A model generated the notes under the pieces. That model saw only the letters and a list, made by a program, of their open reading frames with translations. It had not been told where the DNA came from and did no database searches. Positions 54,428 to 64,000 of a stretch of DNA of 64,000 bases are shown one piece after another. The position numbers and the translations under genes are program-made. Location of the stretch: positions 338-64,337 of the forward strand of contig DATLSM010000073.1 in the NCBI GenBank assembly GCA_035534175.1, given 5' to 3'. Position 1 is the stretch's first letter; each line of letters starts with the position of its first letter. Source of the DNA: Solirubrobacterales bacterium (GTDB lineage Bacteria; Actinomycetota; Thermoleophilia; Solirubrobacterales; 70-9).

Positions 54428-55900
54428 GTGACCCAACCGCCCGAACTCTCCGACGTCCTTCGCGATAGGCGGGTGAAGCTGGAGCGGATCCGCGCGGCGG
54501 GGATCGATCCGTTCCCGCACGAGTTCGCCGGACGGGAGGAGATCGCCGAGGTGCGGGCCGCCCATCAGGGTCTGGCGCCGGGGATGGAGACGGACTCCGC
54601 GCATCGGGTCGCCGGGCGCATCGTCGCCCGGCGCGGCCACGGCAAGGCGGCTTTCCTCGATCTTCGCGACGGCAGCGGCCAGATCCAGCTCCATGCCCGT
54701 GAGGACTCGCTCGGACCGGAGGCCTTCGAGCTGCTGGTACACCTCGACCTCGGCGACATCGTCGGCGTGGAGGGGACGGCGATGACCACGCGCAGCGGCG
54801 GCGAGCTGACCCTGGGGCTCGGCCGCTGGCGCCTGCTGGCCAAGAGTCTCAGACCCCCGCCCGGCAAGTTCCACGGCCTGGAGGACACCGAGACCCGGTA
54901 CCGGCGGCGCGAGCTGGACCTGATCGCCAATGAGGAGAGCCGCCGTCTCTTTGCCCTCCGGGCCCGTACGGTGAGCGAGGTCCGCCGCTGGCTGGACGAG
55001 CACGGCTTCCTCGAGGTCGAGACCCCGATCCTGCAGCCGCTCTACGGCGGCGCGCTCGCCCGGCCCTTCGTCACCCATCACAACGCCCTCGATCGCGACC
55101 TCTACCTGCGGATCGCCAGCGAGCTGTACCTGAAGCGTCTGGTCGTCGGCGGCATCGACCGGGTCTATGAGCTCGGCAAGGATTTCCGCAACGAGGGCGT
55201 CTCCCACAAGCACAACCCCGAGTTCACGATGCTCGAGTGGTATGAGGCCTATGCCGACTACGAGAAGACGGCGCGCGACCTGGAGCTGCTGGTCGCCGAG
55301 GTGGTGGAGCGTGTGCTGGGGACGACCAGGGTTTCGCGCGGGGACACGGAGGTCGACTTCGCCCCCCCTTGGAGGCGGGTGACCCTGCGCTCGGCGATCG
55401 CCGAGCGCAGCGGGATCGACATCGCCGAGCACCCGACGCGCGAGACCCTGGCGGCGGCGATGGGCAGCGAGCCAGATCCCGCCGAGGGCTGGGGCAAGCT
55501 GGTCGACGGCCTGCTCTCCAGGGAGGTCGAGCCGCACCTGATCCAGCCCACCTTCGTCTTCGATTACCCGCCCGAGCTGTCCCCGTTCGCCAAGGCCCAT
55601 CGCTCCGAGGAGGGTCTGGTCGAGCGCTGGGAGGCGTTTAGCGGTGGAGTCGAGATCGCCAACTCCTTCAGCGAGCTGAACGATCCCGATGAGCAGCGCC
55701 GACGCTTCGAACAGCAGGCTGCCGAGCTGCGCCGTGGTGACCAGGAGGCCCAGCCTTTCGATCAGGCATTTCTCGAGGCGCTGGAACAGGGGATGCCCCC
55801 GACTGGCGGAGTCGGCTTGGGAATCGATCGGCTGGTGATGATGCTGACCGGGGCCCAAAGCCTGCGCGAGGTTCTGCTCTTCCCCTCGATGCGGTCCTGA
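54428..55900 (+). CDS. lysS: lysine--tRNA ligase (class II)
   Basis: ORF 54428-55900 with a GTG start. It has [11 protein letters not shown] and [16 protein letters not shown]. Confidence 0.95.
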   Translation: MTQPPELSDVLRDRRVKLERIRAAGIDPFPHEFAGREEIAEVRAAHQGLAPGMETDSAHRVAGRIVARRGHGKAAFLDLRDGSGQIQLHAREDSLGPEAFELLVHLDLGDIVGVEGTAMTTRSGGELTLGLGRWRLLAKSLRPPPGKFHGLEDTETRYRRRELDLIANEESRRLFALRARTVSEVRRWLDEHGFLEVETPILQPLYGGALARPFVTHHNALDRDLYLRIASELYLKRLVVGGIDRVYELGKDFRNEGVSHKHNPEFTMLEWYEAYADYEKTARDLELLVAEVVERVLGTTRVSRGDTEVDFAPPWRRVTLRSAIAERSGIDIAEHPTRETLAAAMGSEPDPAEGWGKLVDGLLSREVEPHLIQPTFVFDYPPELSPFAKAHRSEEGLVERWEAFSGGVEIANSFSELNDPDEQRRRFEQQAAELRRGDQEAQPFDQAFLEALEQGMPPTGGVGLGIDRLVMMLTGAQSLREVLLFPSMRS

Positions 55901-56059
55901 TCTCGGCGAAAAAAGCCGCTTAGAGCGGAAATTCAGCCCACAAAGCCGGTTGGGTGCTGTCGGTATCGTTTAGAGGGCACATGGGCGCTTGCCGATATTC
56001 GATTGGCGTCTGCGGTACTTCCCCGACCGAACCGAGTTGGAAAAGGTAGAGAGGTTCCA

Positions 56060-58651
<2,592 letters not shown>

Positions 58652-58662
58652 GCGCCGCGCGG

Positions 58663-59793
58663 GTGCCTGAGCCGGGCCGCAGCGCGATCGGGACCTGGAG
58701 CGGCGGCAGGTACCTGCATTTCGGCGAGGCGATCGAGGAGGAGCGGCTGGCCGCCCTGCTTTGCCCCGGTGAGGGGATCGACACTGTCCTCACCGCCGAT
58801 GCCTACGGCCAGGGAGAGGCCGATCGGCTGCTCGGACGGGCCCTGGCCGGCGTGCCGCGCGGCTCCTACTGCCTGGCCGGCGCGGTCGGCCACGACTTCT
58901 ACGCGGGCCAGCGCGACGGCCCACGCGGCTTTCCCCGCTTCACCGACCCCAGCCTGCGCGGAGCCGCCGACTACGCCGACTACCTGCGAATGGCGGCGGA
59001 GCGCAGCCTGGAGCGCCTCGGCGCCTCATCCTTCGATCTGCTGCTCCTCCACAACCCCGACCGCATCGGCTACTCCAGCGAGGCGGTCTGGGACGGGATG
59101 GAGGCGCTGCGGCAGGGCGGCCTGACGGCTCGGCTCGGCATCGCCCCGGGGCCGGCCAACGGCTTCACCATCGACCTGATCGCCTGCCTCGAGCGCTTCG
59201 GCGAGCGGATCGACTGGGCGATGATCATCCTCAACCCGTTCGAGCCCTGGCCCGGGGAGCTGTGCCTTGATGCCGCCGCTCGCCACGGAGTGCGGGTGCT
59301 CACCCGCGTGGTCGATTACGGCGGCCTCTTCTGGGGAGACCTGCAGCCGGGGATGGAGCTGGGCAAAGGGGATCACCGCAGCTTCCGGCCTCCCGGTTGG
59401 ATCGAGGCCGGCCTGGAGAAGCTGGGCCGCGTGGTGCCGCTCGGCGAGCGCCTCGGCCTGACCCCGATCCAGCTCGCCTGTCAGTGGAACCTCGCCCACC
59501 CGGCGGTCGAGTGCGTCGTGCCGACGCTGATCCAGGAGGCGGGCGAGGGCGCCCGCCCGATCGAGGCCAAGCGGGCAGAGCTGGCGGCGCTGCCCGCCGA
59601 GCCACGGCTCGGTGAGGCAGAGGTGGCGGCGATCCGGGCGGTCGGCGACAACGCCGGCGCCATGATGCTGAAGGGCGCCAGCCCCGAACATCGGGGGGAG
59701 GAGCGACCCGACCGCTGGGCGCTGAGTGAGGATCTGACCGAGGTGGGCGCACGCTGGGGCATCGACCCCTCCCGGGACCTGGTCGCCACTTAG
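58663..59793 (+). CDS. aldo/keto reductase family oxidoreductase
   Basis: ORF 58663-59793 with a GTG start. It reads IDTVLTADAYGQGEADRLLGRAL...FDLLLLHNPD. Confidence 0.75.
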   Translation: MPEPGRSAIGTWSGGRYLHFGEAIEEERLAALLCPGEGIDTVLTADAYGQGEADRLLGRALAGVPRGSYCLAGAVGHDFYAGQRDGPRGFPRFTDPSLRGAADYADYLRMAAERSLERLGASSFDLLLLHNPDRIGYSSEAVWDGMEALRQGGLTARLGIAPGPANGFTIDLIACLERFGERIDWAMIILNPFEPWPGELCLDAAARHGVRVLTRVVDYGGLFWGDLQPGMELGKGDHRSFRPPGWIEAGLEKLGRVVPLGERLGLTPIQLACQWNLAHPAVECVVPTLIQEAGEGARPIEAKRAELAALPAEPRLGEAEVAAIRAVGDNAGAMMLKGASPEHRGEERPDRWALSEDLTEVGARWGIDPSRDLVAT

Positions 59794-59904
59794 CCGGGTT
59801 TGGGACCCGCCTCGGCCCGCGGGCTTGACAAAGCCTATCCCGACCTTTCCACACGGATATCACCGGGCCGCATTCCAGAGCGCTTTTTGGCATCCTGGCT
59901 GGCG

Positions 59905-61017
59905 ATGCCTTCTTTGTCTGGGGATGAGCTGCATGAGCTGTCTGAACGACAGGATCCCCGGCTAGTAAGGGCCCTTGACGTCGTTGCTCCGGGCAGCGCC
60001 CTGCGCGAGGGGATCGACAACATCGTCCACTCGCGGACCGGCGGCCTGATCGTCGTCGGGGACCTGGAGAACGTTTCCCACCTGCTCTCTGGCGGAATCA
60101 AGCTGGACATCGACTACACCCCGGCGATGCTCTACCAGGTGGCGAAGATGGACGGGGCGATAGTCCTCAACGCCGAGGCGACGAACATCGCCTGGGCCAA
60201 CGTCCAGCTGATGCCGGATCCGACCATCCTCTCCTCCGAGACAGGCACCCGCCACCGAACCGCCGAGCGCGTCTCCAAACAGACCGACGCCCTGGTGGTG
60301 GCGATCTCCCAGCGCCGCGACGTGGTCTCCCTCTACGTGGAGGGAACGAAGTACATCCTCCAGGACATTCCCGCGGTGCTGGCCAAGGCCAACCAGGGGC
60401 TGGCGACGCTGGACAAGTACCGCGACCGGCTCGATCAGGTCTCCACCCGCCTCACCGTGCTGGAGTTCGAGGGCGGCGGCGTTCTCTACGACGTGCTCGC
60501 CGTTCTCCAGCGGGCCGAGCTGGTGACGCGGATGGCGGTCGAGGTCGAGCGCTACATCGTCGAGCTCGGCACCGAGGGCCGCCTGATCGAGATGCAGCTG
60601 GAGGAGACGATGGTCGGTGTTGCGGCCGACAAGACGGCGCTGGTTCGTGACTACTCGGTCGAGGACTCCGAGCAGAACCTCGCCGCCGTCCTCCAGGCGC
60701 TGGCCCGGATGCCGCACCAAGATGTGCTCGACTTCGGCCGGCTGGCCGAGATGCTCGGCTATGACCGTAAGCTGAACACCCTGGATTTTCCGATCGCGCC
60801 GCGCGGCTACCGCGTACTTGGGCGAATCCCTCGGGTCCCAAAGCTTGTCGTCCAGAAGATCATCCAGGAGCTCGGCGGTTTGGAGGAGGTCCTGGCGGCC
60901 TCTGACGCCGATCTGGAGGCCGTCGACGGAGTGGGCCCCACCAGGGCCAAGGACATCCGCGAGGGCCTGCGCAGGCTTCAGGAGGTCGACATGGTCGACC
61001 GGTACCTGCAGAACTGA
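59905..61017 (+). CDS. disA: DNA integrity scanning protein DisA (diadenylate cyclase)
   Basis: ORF 59800-61017 trimmed to ATG 59905. The DAC domain shows GGLIVVGD, MDGAIVL and TGTRHRTAERVS. The C-terminus has an HhH motif. Confidence 0.9.
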   Translation: MPSLSGDELHELSERQDPRLVRALDVVAPGSALREGIDNIVHSRTGGLIVVGDLENVSHLLSGGIKLDIDYTPAMLYQVAKMDGAIVLNAEATNIAWANVQLMPDPTILSSETGTRHRTAERVSKQTDALVVAISQRRDVVSLYVEGTKYILQDIPAVLAKANQGLATLDKYRDRLDQVSTRLTVLEFEGGGVLYDVLAVLQRAELVTRMAVEVERYIVELGTEGRLIEMQLEETMVGVAADKTALVRDYSVEDSEQNLAAVLQALARMPHQDVLDFGRLAEMLGYDRKLNTLDFPIAPRGYRVLGRIPRVPKLVVQKIIQELGGLEEVLAASDADLEAVDGVGPTRAKDIREGLRRLQEVDMVDRYLQN

Positions 61018-61022
61018 CGGCG

Positions 61023-61613
61023 ATGAGCGCCGTCGCAAATCGAAAGGAGCAAGAGATTCCCCAGCTAGAGGAGGCCATGGAGGCAGGCTTCGAGGAGGAC
61101 GTCGTCTACGTCTGCGACTTCGAGGAGGGAGACAAGGTCGTATATCCACACCACGGAGCCGGCCTCGTGCTGAAGAAAGAGACCCGGGAGCTGATGGGGT
61201 GCGAGCGTGAATACCTGACGATCAAGATCCTCCACAACGAACTCACGGTGATGGTCCCCTGTGAAAACGCCGGTCTGGCAGGGCTGCGGCGCGTGATCGA
61301 TGAGGAAGAGATCAAGAAGGTGACCGATGTCCTCACCGACGATGTGTCGGAGATGCCGAAGAATTGGAACCGGCGCTTCAAGTACAACCGGGAGAAGATC
61401 AAGACCGGCGACGTGTTCGAGCTGGCCGAGGTTGTCCGCAACCTGGCGATTCGCGAGATGGAGAAGGGTCTCTCCACCGGCGAGAAGCAGATGTACACGC
61501 GGGCGAAGAAGATTCTCGCCTCGGAGTTCATGTACGCGCTGGACAAGGACGAGGAGGGGGCGGAGGAGTACCTCGACGGGCTGCTGGAGGAGCGCTTCGC
61601 CGCCACGGCCTAG
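61023..61613 (+). CDS. carD: CarD family transcriptional regulator
   Basis: ORF 61023-61613. It has GDKVVYPHHGAGLVL and LSTGEKQMYTRAKKIL. It may carry an N-terminal extension, or it may start at ATG 61077. Confidence 0.85.
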   Translation: MSAVANRKEQEIPQLEEAMEAGFEEDVVYVCDFEEGDKVVYPHHGAGLVLKKETRELMGCEREYLTIKILHNELTVMVPCENAGLAGLRRVIDEEEIKKVTDVLTDDVSEMPKNWNRRFKYNREKIKTGDVFELAEVVRNLAIREMEKGLSTGEKQMYTRAKKILASEFMYALDKDEEGAEEYLDGLLEERFAATA

Positions 61614-61626
61614 CAGGGAGACCTCC

Positions 61627-62331
61627 GTCACCGCGGCGATCGCGGCCGCCGGCTCCGGGGAGAGGCTCGGAGCCGGCGGCCCGAAGGCCTTCGTGGCGCT
61701 GGCCGGCAGGCCGATGATCGAGTGGTCGATCGCGGCCTTTCGCTCCGCTCGGCCGGTCGGCTCGATACTCATCGCCACACCGCCCGGCCATCTCCACGAT
61801 CTCACCGGCGATGACCTCGGCCTGGTCGCCGGCGGCAAGACGAGGGCCGAATCGGTCGCCAACGCTCTGGCGGCAGTCGACACCGAGCTGGTGGCGATCC
61901 ACGATGCGGCCCGGCCGCTCGTCACCCCAGGGTTGATCGAGGACCTGATCGCCGCCCTCCTCGCGGATCCCGGCGCCGCCGGGGTGATCGCCGCAGCCCC
62001 GCTCACCGACACGATCAAGCAGGTAGGCCCCAGCGCGAGCGGGCCTGGGGCTCGGGTCTCGGGCCCCCCGGCGGGGGAGCTGGTGATCGAGAGGACCCTC
62101 GATCGCTCGCGCCTGTGGGCGGCGCAGACCCCACAGGTCTTTCGCACCGATGCCCTGCGAGCCGCGCTGGCCCCCGATCTCCGGCACAGCGCCGCGGCGA
62201 CCGATGAGGCGAGCCTGGTCGAGGCGGCGGGGGGGAGGGTGCTGATCCATCCGGCCCCGGCGGAGAACCTCAAGGTGACCACGCCCCTGGACTTAAGGCT
62301 CGCCGCAGTGCTGTTGGCCAAGGCGGGGTAG
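61627..62331 (+). CDS. ispD: 2-C-methyl-D-erythritol 4-phosphate cytidylyltransferase (start codon unresolved)
   Basis: This is the downstream part of ORF 61327-62331. The conserved N-terminus VTAAIAAAGSGERLG begins at 61627. There is no ATG, GTG or TTG between the carD stop and this motif. GGGAG lies at 61616-61620. Confidence 0.8.
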   Translation, partial: VTAAIAAAGSGERLGAGGPKAFVALAGRPMIEWSIAAFRSARPVGSILIATPPGHLHDLTGDDLGLVAGGKTRAESVANALAAVDTELVAIHDAARPLVTPGLIEDLIAALLADPGAAGVIAAAPLTDTIKQVGPSASGPGARVSGPPAGELVIERTLDRSRLWAAQTPQVFRTDALRAALAPDLRHSAAATDEASLVEAAGGRVLIHPAPAENLKVTTPLDLRLAAVLLAKAG

Positions 62332-62365
62332 CGCAGGCGCCAGCACGACGGTAGCGTGCGGCCGC

Positions 62366-63214
62366 GTGCTGACCGACTACCACCTCCATCTGCGCCCCGA
62401 CGAGGACGACACCCCGGCGGAGCGCTTCTTCACCCTGGAGAACGTGGAGCGCTACATCGCCGCGGCGGAGGCGGCGGGTGTGGGTGAGCTCGGCGTCTCC
62501 GAGCACGTCTATCGCTTCACCCAGGCGCTCGAGCTCTGGCGCCACCCGTTCTGGGAGGAGTGCGCCCGCGATGACCTCGACGCCTACTGCGAGTTCGTGC
62601 GGGGCACGCCGTTGAGGCTCGGCCTGGAGTGTGACTTCATCCCCGGCGCCGAGGAGCGCACCGCCGCCCTGCTGGAGGCCCGCGAGCTGGACTACGTCAT
62701 CGGCTCCGTCCACTTCCTCGGCGAGCGCGCCGTCGACCACGACGGCTGGGACGTCTGGGAGGGCGGGGGGGACGCGGATCAGGTTTGGCGCCGCTACTTC
62801 GCCACCCTCGCCCAATGCGCCAGGTCCGGCCTGTTCGACGTGCTCGCCCATCCCGACCTGGTCAAGGTCTGGGGCCCCGGACGGCCCCGGCCCCAGCGTG
62901 ATCCCCGCTACTTCTACGAGCCGGCGGTGGAGGCGATAGCCGAGAGCGGAATCGCCGTGGAGATATCCACCGCGGGCCTGCGCAAGCCGGTGGGTGAGAT
63001 CTATCCGGCGCCGGCCTTCGCCCGGATGTGCGTCGAGGCGGGGGCCGACTTCGCCCTCTCCTCCGATGCTCACCTTCCCGAGCAGGTCGGCTTCGGCTAT
63101 CAGCGGGCAATCGAGCTTCTCGCCGATCTTGGCGTCGGCGAGATCTGCGTCTTCGAGGGGCGCCAGCGGCGGCTGGAGCCAATCGGCGCCGAGTGCGGAA
63201 AGATTGAGCAGTGA
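62366..63214 (+). CDS. PHP-family histidinol-phosphatase-like protein (HisJ/HisK type)
   Basis: ORF 62366-63214 with a GTG start. It has LTDYHLHL, GVSEHVY, IGSVHFL and LAHPDL. Confidence 0.8.
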   Translation: MLTDYHLHLRPDEDDTPAERFFTLENVERYIAAAEAAGVGELGVSEHVYRFTQALELWRHPFWEECARDDLDAYCEFVRGTPLRLGLECDFIPGAEERTAALLEARELDYVIGSVHFLGERAVDHDGWDVWEGGGDADQVWRRYFATLAQCARSGLFDVLAHPDLVKVWGPGRPRPQRDPRYFYEPAVEAIAESGIAVEISTAGLRKPVGEIYPAPAFARMCVEAGADFALSSDAHLPEQVGFGYQRAIELLADLGVGEICVFEGRQRRLEPIGAECGKIEQ

Positions 63215-63227
63215 GGCGGGCAACCTG

Positions 63228-63692
63228 ATGTCTGTGGGGATCGGCTATGACAGCCACCGCTTCGTCGAGGGCCGGCGCCTGGTGCTCGGCGGCGTGGAGA
63301 TCGCCCACGATCGCGGTCTGGCCGGCCATTCCGATGCCGACGTCCTCACCCACGCGGTTATCGACGCGCTGCTCGGCAGCGCCTCGGCAGGGGACATCGG
63401 GACGCTGTTCCCCGACGCGGAGGCGCGATGGAAGGACGCCGACTCGATCGATCTGCTGCGTATCGTCGTCGCCACCGTGCCCGGCCGGATCGTCAACATC
63501 GACGCCACCCTTGTTTGTGAGCAGCCGCGGCTGGCGCCATATCGGGCCGAGATGGAGCGAATCGTGGCCGAGGTGACGTCTGCCAGGGTCAACGTCAAGG
63601 CGACGACAAACGAGGGGATGGGCTGGATCGGCCGCGGCGAGGGAATCGCCTGCATCGCCGTCGCCTCGGTCGAGGGGGAATCAATCATCTAG
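63228..63692 (+). CDS. ispF: 2-C-methyl-D-erythritol 2,4-cyclodiphosphate synthase
   Basis: ORF 62994-63692 trimmed to ATG 63228. It reads GIGYDSHRF...GHSDADVLTHAVIDALLG. Confidence 0.9.
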   Translation: MSVGIGYDSHRFVEGRRLVLGGVEIAHDRGLAGHSDADVLTHAVIDALLGSASAGDIGTLFPDAEARWKDADSIDLLRIVVATVPGRIVNIDATLVCEQPRLAPYRAEMERIVAEVTSARVNVKATTNEGMGWIGRGEGIACIAVASVEGESII

Positions 63693-63705
63693 GCTTCCCG
63701 CTCCG

Positions 63706-64000
63706 ATGGGGAATCTCAGCTCGATCGTGTCGAACTCCCGCGAGTCGGTCTCCGATGCCGTCTTCGAGATCAGGGTGCTGCACGAGGCGGGGATCCTGCG
63801 ACCGCTGCGTCCCGATCGGGCGGGCAGGATCGGCGCCACCTTCATCCGCTGGGGGGCCTCGCCGGCCACCGGCATCGCGATCGCCGCAATCCACTACCCG
63901 CACGAGATCGCGCTGATCGACGAGCGCGGCTCGCTCAGCTTCGAGCGGGTCCACCGACGCTCCAACGCCCTGGCGCATGCCTTCGCCGAGATGGGGATCG
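63706..64000 (+). CDS. AMP-dependent synthetase/ligase (acyl-CoA synthetase-like), N-terminal fragment running off the window
   Basis: Translation from ATG 63706 reads MGNLSSIVSNSRESVSDAVFEIRVLHEAGILRP...IAAIHYPHEIALIDERGSLSFERVHRRSNALAHAF. This is the typical N-terminal idiom of FadD-like ligases. Confidence 0.5.
   Translation, partial: MGNLSSIVSNSRESVSDAVFEIRVLHEAGILRPLRPDRAGRIGATFIRWGASPATGIAIAAIHYPHEIALIDERGSLSFERVHRRSNALAHAFAEMGI

Noticed and set aside
61327-61626. A long N-terminal extension of IspD starting at ATG 61327.
   Set aside because: It would overlap carD by 287 nt in another frame. It encodes Arg/Ser/Thr/Cys-rich text unlike any IspD. The unresolved start is reported as a finding instead.

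Overview
High-GC (roughly 68-70 percent by eye) actinobacterial chromosome segment. The gene order and protein idiom suggest a deep-branching Actinomycetota lineage of the Thermoleophilia/Rubrobacteria type; this is an inference. All family calls come from motif recognition, not from a search. I count about 58 protein-coding genes and one gene remnant. I saw no rRNA or tRNA, no CRISPR array and no transposase or integrase. Positions 1-45000 hold mixed metabolic, transport and regulatory genes: an alpha-oxoamine synthase, a PAS-GAF-GGDEF-EAL protein, an SsuA/NMT1-type ABC operon divergent from an Rrf2 regulator, and a CoxD/CoxE-like MoxR-VWA pair. They also hold Bcp, an ACAD-DUF2252-MFS operon, TypA, Csp, a secreted S8 protease, RecD2, RlmN, a P450, type III glutamine synthetase, a FadB-like fusion, Amt, LysR, USP, a three-domain cell-wall hydrolase and a MerR-cyclase fusion. 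Positions 45000-64000 are the conserved actinobacterial housekeeping block tilS-hpt-ftsH-folP-folB-folK, coaX-dus-greA-lysS-clpC, disA-carD-ispD-(PHP phosphatase)-ispF. I do not see a convincing self-contained novel multi-gene system such as a defence island. The most noteworthy observations are a Glu-codon flip (GAA instead of GAG) confined to exported proteins and to the extracytoplasmic loop of FtsH, and a promoter-plus-intrinsic-terminator leader in front of greA. Others are a CorA gene collapsed to a 325-nt scar, a secreted SLT+M23+NlpC/P60 hydrolase, a MerR-HTH class III cyclase next to a PNP-fold protein, nested palindromes upstream of recD2, and an ispD without a canonical start codon. 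Start codons are best guesses and may be off by tens of nt. Many long ORFs in the track are antisense shadows typical of high-GC DNA and were ignored.
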